From: an uncultured Phycisphaerae bacterium
Lineage (GTDB): Bacteria; Planctomycetota; Phycisphaerae; Sedimentisphaerales; Anaerobacaceae
NCBI GenBank assembly: GCA_965603165.1
Contig: CBFDBY010000005.1
Span: 11,474-75,473 of the forward strand
Direction of reading: 5' to 3'
DNA: 64,000 nt
The notes under the pieces are model-generated. The model had not been told where the DNA came from and searched no databases. It saw only the letters and a list, made by a program, of their open reading frames with translations. Positions 7,720 to 18,441 of this stretch are shown here, piece after piece. Each line of letters opens with the position of its first letter. The stretch's first letter is position 1. A program made the position numbers and the translations under genes.

Positions 7720-9309
7720 TCAATACCCGATATTCTTGACGGCCTGAGGCCCCAACCGCTCAGCCAATTGCGCCAGGTAGAGGCTCTGGGGTGCAACCGG
7801 GGTTCCGGGCGAATCGAAGGACCCCACGGGCAGGTTCGGCTCCGAGTCAAACGGTCGCGGGGTCGGCTTGCTCCGGCCGATACACCCGATCACCCAGTTC
7901 ATCGCCCCCGGCGGCTGCTGGATGACGTAGGTCCTGGCCGTGCAGTTCCAGGCCACCGACCAGCCCGTCCCCCAGCCGTGGCCGGAGCCCATTGAGCCGC
8001 GATTCTTGAAGTCGATGCCGCCGGCCGGGACCTGACAATTATCCAGGAGCATTCCCGTGGTCCAGCGCTGATGCCCCTCAATGCGGCCGGTGCCGTGAAA
8101 GGTGCAGTTGAGCAGCACGATCGGCCCCGTGTGGCGGCCCCCGGTCGCCACGTGCCAGATATTGTCGCCGTTGCCCGAACAGCGATCCAGCAGGACTTGG
8201 CTGGCGTTTGGGGCGAACTCCGCCGGCTTGGACGCGCCGACGTTCGGGACGGTGCGATTGACCGCCACACGCTGCAGCGTGATGCGTCTGCCGCGGATGC
8301 TGACGCTGTTCATCGTTTCTTCGATCACGATATCCCTGGCCCAGCAATCCTGGCCGTTGATCCGCATCGCTGTATAGGGGTGCCGTGAATAACTGATCTC
8401 CATCACAGGCGACTGAATGCGGAGATCTTCGACGCCGACCTGCGCCACCAACGATGCAGGCGTGGTCTTCACGACCGCTGTCCCCGGCGGATTCAGATAC
8501 CGCGAGTCGAAAGAATCGGTCAGCGGGATGTCCACTGTTATGCGGTTGCCCGTGATTGCCGTGATGGTGCGCTCGGTGGTGATACTGCTGCCCGCGCGAA
8601 TCCAGGTCTGGGGCCGGCCGTCGCGCACCATGTCGTCCATCCGCATGAAATGGATCCAATCCTGCGTAACCGGGCGTCTGATGGCGATTGCGTCGCCGAC
8701 CGCGAAACCGGCAGCGTCCGCTACCGTGAAGCCCGTCGCCCCGGAAGGCACGTAGGTGTCGGCGATGGACGTCTTGACAGTCTCGGATGCTCTGTCTTCG
8801 ACGGAGCGTCGGCTTCTTCCGCGGCCTGATCTGCCAATGACGACAGCACAGTGACGTCCACCAGCCATCTTGATCGTGCTGGCGTTCGGCCCCGTCGACC
8901 CGCTGCCGCGCAGCACAACGCCGTCGATCCCAATGGAAATCGTTCCCGAGCAGGAATAGGTCCCCGGAGCCAACAGGACCGCGCCGCGAAAGCCGCCCTC
9001 CGGATTCATGGCCGAGACCGCGTCGATGGCAGCCTGAATCGTCGCAGTGTCGTCGGGCCCGTCCGACGGCTCAACCTTCCGCCTGACCGGCACCTCGGGC
9101 AGCGCGATCCCGCCGCCCATGTAGCCCGCGCCGGAAAAGTCCATGATTCGATCGCCCGCCTTCGTCGTCTTGTAGACGAGCTTGCCGTCGGGACCTGCAT
9201 GAACCCATTCGCTCTGAGCAGCCTCACAACACGGGACGCAAGCCAGCCATGCGAAGCCAACAGCCCAGATCGTCACCGTTCCTTTCACTGCGAATCCTCC
9301 ATCCACCAC
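7720..9309 (-). CDS. Secreted right-handed beta-helix protein (pectate lyase superfamily, Pectate_lyase_3-like N-terminus)
   Basis: 529 aa. DDTATIQAAIDAV...GAVLLAPGTYSCSGTISI...GVVLRGSG motif. Paralogous in style to 61258-63060. Confidence 0.8.
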   Translation of the reverse strand: MVDGGFAVKGTVTIWAVGFAWLACVPCCEAAQSEWVHAGPDGKLVYKTTKAGDRIMDFSGAGYMGGGIALPEVPVRRKVEPSDGPDDTATIQAAIDAVSAMNPEGGFRGAVLLAPGTYSCSGTISIGIDGVVLRGSGSTGPNASTIKMAGGRHCAVVIGRSGRGRSRRSVEDRASETVKTSIADTYVPSGATGFTVADAAGFAVGDAIAIRRPVTQDWIHFMRMDDMVRDGRPQTWIRAGSSITTERTITAITGNRITVDIPLTDSFDSRYLNPPGTAVVKTTPASLVAQVGVEDLRIQSPVMEISYSRHPYTAMRINGQDCWARDIVIEETMNSVSIRGRRITLQRVAVNRTVPNVGASKPAEFAPNASQVLLDRCSGNGDNIWHVATGGRHTGPIVLLNCTFHGTGRIEGHQRWTTGMLLDNCQVPAGGIDFKNRGSMGSGHGWGTGWSVAWNCTARTYVIQQPPGAMNWVIGCIGRSKPTPRPFDSEPNLPVGSFDSPGTPVAPQSLYLAQLAERLGPQAVKNIGY

Positions 9310-9347
9310 CTCGGCGTCGAAACGACACCATATGTCCGAAGCCGCCG

Positions 9348-11300
9348 TTATCTTGTGAACCGGCCCACAAACCCGCCGCCGTTGCTCATCTCAATCGTGA
9401 GCGTGTCGTCTCTCCGCACGGTGCGTTCTTCCAGGACAACTGCGGCGGCGTCCTGCTTGTTGTCTCGGACGAGCGATGCGTTGTACCGTCCGTCACCCAG
9501 GAAAGACAACGGCACCCGGATCGTCCTGGCCTGGGGCCCACACATCACCGCGAGGTACCACACCTCGCCCGTGCGCCGCGCAAAGACTGCCATCTCGCCG
9601 ACCGCCGAGCCCGGCAGCACAATGGTCTGGTCCCACACAGCCGGGATCGCCTTGATCACGTCCACTGCCGGGTTGTCGAGAACCGATTGTGGATGTGCCG
9701 CCAGTGTCAACATCGGGCTGTCAAAAATCGCCAGACTGGCAATCTGGTGCGTCCAGGTCGTATCCCCTCGGCGCTGGCCGAAGTGCATGGTCGTATAATC
9801 GGCCGGGCCGGCGAGATACCGCGTGAAGGGCAGGATCGTCTCATGCCGGGCCCGCTCCTTGAGGCTGCTGCTCTCCATGCCTCTGACGGCCTCTCGAACG
9901 AGTTCGTTGGGCCACGTACGCTCCCGGCCCGTCGGCTTATTGGCGCCATGGAAATCGACCACCATCTCGTATTTCGCCGCGGCCTCGAGCAATTCCTCGT
10001 AGAGATCCACGGTTTCTTTGGCCTCGTGGTCAAAGAAGTCGATCTTGGCCCCGGCAACACCCAAGTTATGCAGCCTGGAGAAGAACTCCTCGCGCTCCTC
10101 CGGCGTGCGCAGCCGGTTGCTGTGGACCCAGAACAGCAGTCGAACCCCGCGCTCGCCCGAGAACTCAACCATTTCCTTGATCTGTTCCTCGCTCCAGCGG
10201 CGCCACAGGCCCTCAAGGATGTGATACTCATAGCCCAACTGCCCAGCCATTCGAGAGAAACCTTTCAGGCCTTCGAAGGAACCGTCGCCGCCATCGACAT
10301 ATCGCCACACCGCTCGCCCCGGCTTGACCCAGTCTGTCTTGATCCCGTCGGGGAAGTACTTCGGATCGGGCGGCGGGCACAAGTTGTGCACGATATCGCA
10401 ATTGACGAGCGCGTTCAGATCCGCCGCCACCATCACGATGCGCCATGGGGTAGTGATCGTGCCGCTGACCGATGCCGGCCGGGCCAGGCGTTTGGCCTCC
10501 TCCCGGCCGTAGCGCAACTCATAAGGATAGTTCAGAGACTGGCGGTGGCCAAGGCCCGTGATCAGACCCCGGCGGCCGTCGGCTTCGAGGGCCATTCCGC
10601 TGTAGTTGACCAGATTGGCCTCGGGGATCGAGCCATAGCCGCCGCCGTCCGGCAGTTGGAACGTCACGGGCGGCCCGGCCCACTGTCCGGGCGGGATGCT
10701 GGAAATATCGCGCTTCTTGTACGCAGCCTCATAATGCCCGCCGAGATCGTGCGACCAGACCGTCGAGCCGGCCGGGATGACGAAGGTCGTGTATTCATCG
10801 GGTACGCGCGAGGCGTCTTCATCGCCGGGGATGACGTGGCGGAAAGCGACGCCGTCGTTGAATGCACGAACCTCCAGGACGTAGTTGATGAAGGACAAGT
10901 CGTGCTGAAGCGCGATCCGCACCGCGTTGCAGCGGTTCACCGCCGGGCTGTGGACGCCATGCCACGGATACGTTTCATCGATCTCGTAATGCTCCGCCTC
11001 GCCAAAGACAACCCCAGCCGACAGGTCGTAACCATCAACGTTCATGACAATGGTCGATGGATCGAGGACTGGCGTCTCCCCCAATGCGACAGTAAAGGTC
11101 AGCCGCTCGGCGTTGGGGCCGATGGTGAACTTGACCTTCCCGTCCGGACTGGTCACCTCGATCTGCTCCATCCGCACCCGCTGAGAACGTCTTGACCTCT
11201 CTCTTGTGAAACCTGCCTCCGCCAGAGACAACGCCACGGCCAGTCCAAGGATCACACACTTCCTGATTCCCATTCGCATCGAAATCCCGTCCTTTCCCAT
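9348..11300 (-). CDS. Glycoside hydrolase family 97 (alpha-glucosidase/alpha-galactosidase type)
   Basis: 650 aa with a signal peptide. GH97 catalytic-region pattern GAKIDFFDHEAKETVDLYEELLEAAAKYEMVVDFHGANKPTGRERTWPNELVREAVRGME. Confidence 0.85.
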   Translation of the reverse strand: MGKDGISMRMGIRKCVILGLAVALSLAEAGFTRERSRRSQRVRMEQIEVTSPDGKVKFTIGPNAERLTFTVALGETPVLDPSTIVMNVDGYDLSAGVVFGEAEHYEIDETYPWHGVHSPAVNRCNAVRIALQHDLSFINYVLEVRAFNDGVAFRHVIPGDEDASRVPDEYTTFVIPAGSTVWSHDLGGHYEAAYKKRDISSIPPGQWAGPPVTFQLPDGGGYGSIPEANLVNYSGMALEADGRRGLITGLGHRQSLNYPYELRYGREEAKRLARPASVSGTITTPWRIVMVAADLNALVNCDIVHNLCPPPDPKYFPDGIKTDWVKPGRAVWRYVDGGDGSFEGLKGFSRMAGQLGYEYHILEGLWRRWSEEQIKEMVEFSGERGVRLLFWVHSNRLRTPEEREEFFSRLHNLGVAGAKIDFFDHEAKETVDLYEELLEAAAKYEMVVDFHGANKPTGRERTWPNELVREAVRGMESSSLKERARHETILPFTRYLAGPADYTTMHFGQRRGDTTWTHQIASLAIFDSPMLTLAAHPQSVLDNPAVDVIKAIPAVWDQTIVLPGSAVGEMAVFARRTGEVWYLAVMCGPQARTIRVPLSFLGDGRYNASLVRDNKQDAAAVVLEERTVRRDDTLTIEMSNGGGFVGRFTR

Positions 11301-11592
11301 ATATGCAACGATAGGCCCCAGATCAGGCCGGCACTGATCCGGCTGTCATCCGGAATACCCTGACCCGTTGACCTGCCTGCGGACAATGTGCCACCGCGAA
11401 TTCGAGAGCCGGTGGCGTTGCCTCCGTTGCCTGGTGTAAACACAAGCCCTACCTAGGCCAAACGGGCGGCGACGAACGCTGCCCCAGTCACGCAGTTCAG
11501 CGAATTGTGCGGCCGTTGGTGATTCTACTGCGGTCGGTGTTCTTCCGCCAGTACTCTTGATTCTGTGCGATGGTTTTCCGAAATCGGCGTCC

Positions 11593-11621
11593 TTGACATG
11601 AGCCGCCGGGGGTGTTTCAAT
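11593..11621 (+). promoter_or_regulatory. Candidate promoter TTGACA-17-TTCAAT
   Basis: Hexamers at 11593-11598 and 11616-11621, upstream of the lipoprotein gene at 11677. Confidence 0.3.
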
Positions 11622-11676
11622 CCGACATTACCTATGATCGATTTCCGTGGAATGGCAATGAGAAAGGAGATTGCCG

Positions 11677-12900
11677 ATGGCGTTGAGGACAGGGGCACTC
11701 ATGCTTGGTCTGGTGTTTCTCGCCGGCTGCACGATGTTCGAGTCACGGATGAAGGAGGGAACGTTTGGCCATGATATGGCGTTCCTCCGAGAACACACCG
11801 ACGTCGTTGTCCTGAAGGACAGCTCGGGACAAAGCCAGGTCGCCGTCCTGCCGGAGATGCAGGGGCGCGTGATGACCAGCACGGCCGCCGGGCCTAAAGG
11901 CTTCAGCTTCGGCTGGATCAATCGCGACCACGTGGCCTCGAGAGAACTGGCCGAGCACATGAACGCCTATGGCGGCGAAGACCGCTTCTGGCTCGGCCCG
12001 GAGGGCGGGCAGTTCTCCATCTATTTCGAGAAGGGCGTCCCGTTCGACTTCGAACACTGGTTTACCCCGGCGCCGATTGACACGGAGCCGTGGAGGCTAG
12101 CCTCCCATTCACGACGCTCGGCGAACCTTCGAAAGACGATGCAGGTAAAGAATTATTCCGGCACGGTCTTTGATGTACGCGTGGACCGGGAAGTCCGGGT
12201 CCTCGACCGGAAAGAGGCGCTCAGATCGCTCCGGGTGACCGCCGGCAAAGGCGTCAAGCTGGTCGCTTTCGAATCCAACAACAAAGTGACCAACGTCGGG
12301 GACGAACCATGGAAAAAAGAGACCGGATTGCTCTCGATCTGGATTCTTGGCATGTTCAATCCGTCTCCCGAGACGACGATCGTGATTCCGTTCGAGACCG
12401 GCGAGGAGGATGCACTCGGCCCAATCGTCAACGATGCCTACTTCGGCAAAGTCCCCTCCGACCGTCTGGTCATCAGCGATGGTGTGCTGTTCTTCAGCGG
12501 CGACGGGCAGTACCGCAGCAAGATCGGGCTGTCGCCGCAGCGCGCCACGAAGGTGGCCGGCAGCTACGACGCCACCAACAAGGTCCTCACCATCGTTCAG
12601 TACAACAAACCTCAGGATGTCGTGGATTACGTGAATTCGATGTGGGAACTCCAAGACGAGCCGTACCGCGGGGACGTCGTCAATTCGTACAACGACGGCC
12701 CGCCGGAGCCCGGCGCCGAGCCGATGGGCCCGTTCTACGAGTTGGAGACATCCTCTCCCGCCGCCGCTCTGAATCCGCGCGAGAGCATTCTCCACACGCA
12801 TCGCACGTTCCATTTCACGGGCGACGAGTCAGAACTCGATCCGATCGCTCAAAAGATGCTGGGTGTCTCAATCGAACAGATCAAGCTGGCCTCGCGGTAG
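11677..12900 (+). CDS. Hypothetical lipoprotein adjacent to the glycosidase cluster
   Basis: The track ORF starts at TTG 11671. ATG 11677 is preceded by AAGGAGA at 11664-11670. Lipobox LAGC. No family recognised with certainty. Confidence 0.75.
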   Translation: MALRTGALMLGLVFLAGCTMFESRMKEGTFGHDMAFLREHTDVVVLKDSSGQSQVAVLPEMQGRVMTSTAAGPKGFSFGWINRDHVASRELAEHMNAYGGEDRFWLGPEGGQFSIYFEKGVPFDFEHWFTPAPIDTEPWRLASHSRRSANLRKTMQVKNYSGTVFDVRVDREVRVLDRKEALRSLRVTAGKGVKLVAFESNNKVTNVGDEPWKKETGLLSIWILGMFNPSPETTIVIPFETGEEDALGPIVNDAYFGKVPSDRLVISDGVLFFSGDGQYRSKIGLSPQRATKVAGSYDATNKVLTIVQYNKPQDVVDYVNSMWELQDEPYRGDVVNSYNDGPPEPGAEPMGPFYELETSSPAAALNPRESILHTHRTFHFTGDESELDPIAQKMLGVSIEQIKLASR

Positions 12901-13128
12901 ACCGAAGATATTTTTCCATCGCATCACCATGCCACGCGGCATACCGGAATCGACGATCGACAGGATCGGAAGGTCGCCGGCGTGCGCAGATCTCGTCTGT
13001 TTTCTGCAGTCGCCGTGTACAACATGGGGGAATATCCTGAATATGGCCTTAACAAAGCCACAGGATTTGATATTCTATCGCCATACAAAATTGTCATGAT
13101 GTTCAGATGTGTCACAGGGTGCTGAGAG

Positions 13129-14553
13129 ATGCTTCGATACATGAATCTGTCAAGGAGAAGATTGGCCGCCGTCGTTCTGCTGATGGCGTGGTTTGGCAGC
13201 GTGGCTGCCGCCGATCTGTCGGAACGGATCCGTCAGATTGTGGATCGTCAGAAGGCCACCGAGTATTCGATCCGCGTGATCAAGGCGGATTCCGGGACCG
13301 CGATCTACGGCCATAACGCGCAAAAGCCCTTGATCCCGGCTTCAAACATGAAGCTTGTGACCACCGCGGCTGCGCTGCGATACCTGGGTCCGGAGTTTGT
13401 GTACAGAACGACCGTAGGACTGCACGGCGATACGCTCGTCGTAATCGGCAGTGGAGATCCGCTGCTCGGCGATCGCGAGACGGATGAAAAACACGGTCGC
13501 CAAACCGGCTGGATGTTTGAGAGGATCGTGCAGGCGCTTCAGAAGCAGAGGGTCACAGAGATCAACGATATCGTGGCGGATACGACGGTTTTCGACGATG
13601 AGCGGGTGCATCCGAGCTGGCCCGCCAAGGATCACAACAAGTGGTATGCCTGCGAGGTCTGCGGCCTCAACTACAACGGCAATTGTATCGACGTGACGAC
13701 CAGCAACCTGAGCGGCAAGATCGCGGTAGCCGTCGACCCGAAGACGACGTTCGTGGAAATCGTCAATCAGGTGGAAGCGATCTCCAAAGGCAACAGTGCC
13801 GTCGGCACCTACCGGACGCAACAACCGAACAAGATCATCGTTTTCGGAAAGTGCCGGAACACACAGGGCCCGTTTCGCGTGGCCATCGAGCAGCCGGCCG
13901 CTTTCTTCGGGTTCCTCATGGCCGAGCATCTTGTCAGGGCCGGCATCCCTGCGAGAGGCCGGTTCATTGAAAAGGCCTTTGACGAGACCGGCGAATTCCG
14001 GCCGCTCACTGAGTTCGCCACACCTATCGCCGACGTCCTCGGCCGGTGCAATACGGACAGCCTCGGGCTGGCCGCCGAAGCACTGGTCAAGACCATCGAC
14101 GCACATGAACGCCCCGATGGAAAGAACGGCGGGTGGGCCGGGGGACGCGAATTGATGGCGCGGTATCTGTCCGATCTCGGAATCCCGTCCGCGGAGGTCA
14201 ACATCGACGACGGCAGCGGTCTGAGCCGCAAGAACCGGCTCACAACCAACGCCATCACGAAGCTGCTTCTGAACATGTACCGAAGCGATAATTGGGCGCT
14301 CTTCCGAACCTCGTTAGCGGTAGGGGGAGAAGACGGCACTATTGGAAGGTACTTCAACGGCGTCAAGTACCGGGGCAAAATCCACGGCAAGACGGGCTAC
14401 ATCAGCGGCGTCCGGTCCTTCTCCGGCGTCTGCCTCACGGACAACGGCCCCTACCTCTTCTCGATCCTGTCCAACGGTCCGAAGGGCCTCAGTCGCGATG
14501 CCATTAACGACGTGGCCAAGGCGATTGTCGATGAGTACGCGAGCAGCAACTGA
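13129..14553 (+). CDS. dacB: D-alanyl-D-alanine carboxypeptidase/endopeptidase (PBP4, peptidase S13)
   Basis: 474 aa. SNMK (SxxK) and HGKTGY (KTG) motifs, plus a signal peptide. Confidence 0.9.
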   Translation: MLRYMNLSRRRLAAVVLLMAWFGSVAAADLSERIRQIVDRQKATEYSIRVIKADSGTAIYGHNAQKPLIPASNMKLVTTAAALRYLGPEFVYRTTVGLHGDTLVVIGSGDPLLGDRETDEKHGRQTGWMFERIVQALQKQRVTEINDIVADTTVFDDERVHPSWPAKDHNKWYACEVCGLNYNGNCIDVTTSNLSGKIAVAVDPKTTFVEIVNQVEAISKGNSAVGTYRTQQPNKIIVFGKCRNTQGPFRVAIEQPAAFFGFLMAEHLVRAGIPARGRFIEKAFDETGEFRPLTEFATPIADVLGRCNTDSLGLAAEALVKTIDAHERPDGKNGGWAGGRELMARYLSDLGIPSAEVNIDDGSGLSRKNRLTTNAITKLLLNMYRSDNWALFRTSLAVGGEDGTIGRYFNGVKYRGKIHGKTGYISGVRSFSGVCLTDNGPYLFSILSNGPKGLSRDAINDVAKAIVDEYASSN

Positions 14554-14565
14554 TCCCCCGTGCTC

Positions 14566-16194
14566 TCATTCGCCCACCGGCGGGGGGCGGTACACCTGGA
14601 ACGTGCCCTGGTAGGTCCCTCTGTGCCAATCGGGGCCGGCCAACCGTCGCAGAGGGTCTTCCAGAAACGAGAAGTGCGCGGATTCAACGCCGACGAGTAT
14701 CGCGGCAGGGGGGCGATCCCGCACCATCTCATCAAGCGTCTTGAGACCGACGGTGTGCGTGACCTCCCGCTCCTGCCGCAGCATTTGATCGGCCACCCGA
14801 TAGATGATGGAGCCGCAGGCCAACTGTGGATAGATGTCACGCCCGCCCTCGAGCGCATAGAGCGGTCCGAGAGTCAAAACGCGCCCCGGCTCTTCGACGT
14901 CGTCGGCAATGTCCACGGCCACCCTGTGCAGTTCAACAGGCGTCCATCCGGCGGGCTGGAAAGCGGACGGGCTGCGGGACAGCACGGCCGGGTTGGCGAG
15001 GACGGATACGGTCGCTGCGCCAGCAACCAGATAAGACGCCATCCGGTAGCGGCGGCGACCATCGGGCTGGCCGGCGCGCCGACGGAGTGCGACCAGCGGA
15101 TACGCCAGGGCGATCACGACAAAAGGCACGGGGACCGCCAGATACTGCTGCCACATCGTCGGGGGAATGTAAGCGATCACGAAGAATGACAGCGGCAGCA
15201 GGGCGGCCAGGATGGCCTTCCGCCGTTCCTGCGCTTCCAGCCTCAACGAGCCTCGCGCCGTGGTCCATACAAAGTAGCCGGCGAGAGCCACAAGCACCAG
15301 ATATCCCGGGGTCAGCAGGGCGGCCACCGTCAGGTCGACCTTGGCGAAGGTCATGCCAATTTCATGAAGCCATTGGCCGTAGAGTGCCGGGATCCGGACG
15401 AGATTGAGCCAGAACGCACGGGGCGCCCGAAGCATCACCCAGACCGGCCAGATCGCAACGATCAAGCCCGCGAGCGAGAAGGGCAAGGCGGTCCGGCTCC
15501 TTCTCCCGAACGAGCCTCCCGCCGTGAAGAGCACGATTCCCAGGAACAGCAGCTCCACCAGGGCCGTGGTCACGCGCATGAAGGTCGCGACCGTCAGCAG
15601 GGCCCCCATGAGGCCAACGTGCCACAAATGCGATCTCTTCTCAAGATTCGTCGTTACGAAGACGTAGAAGGATAGAACGACGCACAGAATCACGACATCG
15701 TGATTCCACGCATACCCGGCGGCGTAGTCCACGAGAGGATTGAACACGTACAACGTGACCGCCGCAAGAGCGAACCACAGTCCCTCACGGCGAAAGGCGC
15801 CGAATATGGATCGATAGATCAGCAGTATAAGAACCACGACGAGAATGTCGGATATGCAGGAAACGAGTCTGCCGACGAGCAGGTAGTGGGTGGCGCCAAG
15901 GCCCCTGTAGAGAGCGGACAGCAGCAGTGGGTGGTAGGGCAGTTGGGAGGGGTAGGAGAAGTCCTGATAGATCGCCAGGCCTCGCGCGAGCAGAGCGCCG
16001 GCCGTGCAATACATTTGCTCATCCCGGCCTACTTCTTTCGTCATGCTGTTGGCCAGCAACGACGCGGCGAGCACGACGACCGCAATCAGCACCAGGGGTC
16101 GCACGATTCTCTGGGTCGTGGGTCGGTCCGGGCCCGGCTCGACCGCACGCCCCTTCGATTTACCATTCCGCCAACTCACCCATGAGCTCCTCAA
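14566..16194 (-). CDS. Polytopic membrane glycosyltransferase (GT-C fold, ArnT/PMT-like)
   Basis: 542 aa with many TM segments. The start is uncertain (TTG 16194 or GTG 16179) and overlaps the upstream gene's end by 20-35 nt. Confidence 0.7.
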   Translation of the reverse strand: MRSSWVSWRNGKSKGRAVEPGPDRPTTQRIVRPLVLIAVVVLAASLLANSMTKEVGRDEQMYCTAGALLARGLAIYQDFSYPSQLPYHPLLLSALYRGLGATHYLLVGRLVSCISDILVVVLILLIYRSIFGAFRREGLWFALAAVTLYVFNPLVDYAAGYAWNHDVVILCVVLSFYVFVTTNLEKRSHLWHVGLMGALLTVATFMRVTTALVELLFLGIVLFTAGGSFGRRSRTALPFSLAGLIVAIWPVWVMLRAPRAFWLNLVRIPALYGQWLHEIGMTFAKVDLTVAALLTPGYLVLVALAGYFVWTTARGSLRLEAQERRKAILAALLPLSFFVIAYIPPTMWQQYLAVPVPFVVIALAYPLVALRRRAGQPDGRRRYRMASYLVAGAATVSVLANPAVLSRSPSAFQPAGWTPVELHRVAVDIADDVEEPGRVLTLGPLYALEGGRDIYPQLACGSIIYRVADQMLRQEREVTHTVGLKTLDEMVRDRPPAAILVGVESAHFSFLEDPLRRLAGPDWHRGTYQGTFQVYRPPPVGE

Positions 16195-17155
16195 CCAAGT
16201 CCTTCATCGTGACAATACCCACCGGCACGTCCCGCTTGCCGCGACGCCGCGTCACCAGGACAATCTTCGACTGCGCGCGGCGCATGAAATCAATCGTGTC
16301 GATCACGGACGTCTTGGCCTCCAGGCTCTGAATCGGCTTGAGGAATTTCTCCAGACTCTCGAACGGCTCGTCCGTCGCCAAGACCTCATAGAGGTTGATG
16401 AAGCCGGCGATATCCGTCGGTGTGTCCCGCCATACGAGCAGCCGCGTGAGGGTGTGCTGTTTCAGTTCCTCCAGCAGGGCGGCCCGATCCGATTGAATGC
16501 GGATCGACCGCGTCTGATCCAGAGGGACCATCACGTTGCTGAGCCGAAGGCCCGGGATGGTCACGATGCGATCGATCATCTCAGCTTGCACCGTACTCAG
16601 AAGTCCCTCTTCCTGTGTGTCGCGCAGAAGCGCCTTAACCTGGTGACTCTGACTGGACGTGATCGCGGTCCGTGAGGAAGCAGGGGATCCGGCGAGGCGC
16701 GCAAAAAGGTTGGAAACGACTCTGAGCAGAGGCACGATCCCGGACCACGTCAGCGCACGGTACGTGACAAACAGCAGGGGACCCAAGTAGCCCGTGAGGG
16801 CGTCGGCACGGTACAAGAAGATGTTCTTCGGTAAAGACTCGCCAAAGACAAACAGCAGCGGGGCGGTCAGCAAGGTGGCAAGAAGTTCCGCCCTGCCCTC
16901 AGATGCTACGGCCAGGAACAGATAGGTGATGCTGCTCGTGGCAAGGTAGTTGGCGAGATTATTCGCAACCAACAAGGACAGCAACAGGCCGGTGCTGTCA
17001 CGCATCGCCCGGCTGAGCAGGGCAAGTGGCGGGCGGCCTCGCACCGTACCCAGCCGCAGGCGAAGGCGGCTGAGCCGGTAGATTCCCGTCTCCAGCCCGG
17101 AGTAGATAGCCGAAAACAGTATGGTGATCAATGCCAAGGCTGACGCGACGAGCAT
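16160..17155 (-). CDS. CNNM/DUF21 plus CBS-pair membrane protein (lacks the CorC_HlyC C-terminal domain)
   Basis: 331 aa. The N-terminus has a DUF21-type 4-TM region (SGLETGIY...). The CBS pair follows and the protein ends directly after it. Confidence 0.85.
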   Translation of the reverse strand: MLVASALALITILFSAIYSGLETGIYRLSRLRLRLGTVRGRPPLALLSRAMRDSTGLLLSLLVANNLANYLATSSITYLFLAVASEGRAELLATLLTAPLLFVFGESLPKNIFLYRADALTGYLGPLLFVTYRALTWSGIVPLLRVVSNLFARLAGSPASSRTAITSSQSHQVKALLRDTQEEGLLSTVQAEMIDRIVTIPGLRLSNVMVPLDQTRSIRIQSDRAALLEELKQHTLTRLLVWRDTPTDIAGFINLYEVLATDEPFESLEKFLKPIQSLEAKTSVIDTIDFMRRAQSKIVLVTRRRGKRDVPVGIVTMKDLVEELMGELAEW

Positions 17156-17161
17156 AACCTG

Positions 17162-18427
17162 TTATCCCTCCGAGGAAATTGGCTCGAGCGAGAGAATCAC
17201 TGTTTCGATTCGGTGTTTGCGCACGCAGTCCACCGTAAACCTGAGGTTGCCCAGACGAGCGACATCGCCTTCGCGGGGGATCTTCCCCAACAGGGTCGTC
17301 ACCAGCCCACCGATTGTCGACAGGCGCGTCTCCTCCAAATCGATCCCGAAGACGTCGGCCCAGTCGTGAATGGCCAGGTCGCCGGCCAGACGATACTCGA
17401 AGGGTCCGAGCTGCTTGATCGGCTCGATTTCCGCCGGCGGGCGCATGCGGCCGAACAACTCCTCGGCGATATCCTCCAGCCGAACGGAACCGGCGATCCC
17501 TCCGTACTCATCCACAACCGTCGCCGCGTCCGTGCCGGTCGTGCGAAAGAACTCGAGCAGCGACTCCACCGTCTTCTGCTCGGGGACGAAGTGAACGGGT
17601 TGAACGAGGCGATCCAGCGGAACGTTCGGCTTCAACAGCAAACGTCGCAACGAGACCATGCCGACGACGTTGTCAACATCTCCTTTATACACGGGCATCT
17701 TTGTCAGGCGGTGTTCTTGCATTCGCGCACGAGCCACAGGAGGCGGATCGCCCACCTCACACGCCACCATACTCACCCGCGGCTGCATCACATGTCGGAC
17801 CTTGAGTTTGCCAAGCTCAACCACTTCGCCAAGCAGCCGGTTCTCATCGGCGCTGATCAGACCGCGACGCCGACTGAGCTCTACAAGAGAACGAAATTCA
17901 GCCAGCGTAATTGTTCTCGGGGAGCCGGCGTGCCCGAATAGAAGCCGCAAGACTGGTTCGATAACGAGATAGCGAAACACCAGAGCAATCGGTCCGAGCA
18001 CCTGCACGATGAGAAACAGCGGCAGCGCCGCCGTCGTGGCCAGAGAACGCGAACTCCGATAGGCCAGCGATTTGGGGACGATCTCGCCGAAGACAACTAG
18101 GCCCAAAAAGCTCATGGCGGCCGCCGCCGTAGCCGCTCCGAATCCCCACAAACGGCTGAGGCGCATGACCAGAACGCTCGAAATGGAGAAAAAGAGAACG
18201 TTGACCACGATATTGCCGAGGAGCAGGCAGTTGAGCAGATGTCCCGGCCGGCGCAGCAGACGCGCCGCCAGTTTCTGCAGTCTGTGCCCGGAGGCGTTCA
18301 ACTGCTTGAGCTGCCGGTGAGTCACATTGAAGAAGGCGGTTTCCGAGCCGGAGAAGAATGCGGAGCACGCGAGCAAAACCAGCATCACGAGGACGGAGCC
18401 GAGCGTTTGGTAGGCTTGCGCGATCAT
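17162..18427 (-). CDS. HlyC/CorC family transporter (DUF21-CBS-CorC_HlyC)
   Basis: 421 aa. FFSGSETAF start of DUF21, CBS pair, and a C-terminal CorC_HlyC-like domain (ARLGNLRFTVDCVRKHRIETVILS). Confidence 0.9.
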   Translation of the reverse strand: MIAQAYQTLGSVLVMLVLLACSAFFSGSETAFFNVTHRQLKQLNASGHRLQKLAARLLRRPGHLLNCLLLGNIVVNVLFFSISSVLVMRLSRLWGFGAATAAAAMSFLGLVVFGEIVPKSLAYRSSRSLATTAALPLFLIVQVLGPIALVFRYLVIEPVLRLLFGHAGSPRTITLAEFRSLVELSRRRGLISADENRLLGEVVELGKLKVRHVMQPRVSMVACEVGDPPPVARARMQEHRLTKMPVYKGDVDNVVGMVSLRRLLLKPNVPLDRLVQPVHFVPEQKTVESLLEFFRTTGTDAATVVDEYGGIAGSVRLEDIAEELFGRMRPPAEIEPIKQLGPFEYRLAGDLAIHDWADVFGIDLEETRLSTIGGLVTTLLGKIPREGDVARLGNLRFTVDCVRKHRIETVILSLEPISSEG

Positions 18428-18441
18428 CGGCAGTGGGGCGG

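Noticed and set aside
9249-11195. 648-aa plus-strand ORF
   Set aside because: It is antisense to the GH97 gene and has no recognisable motifs.
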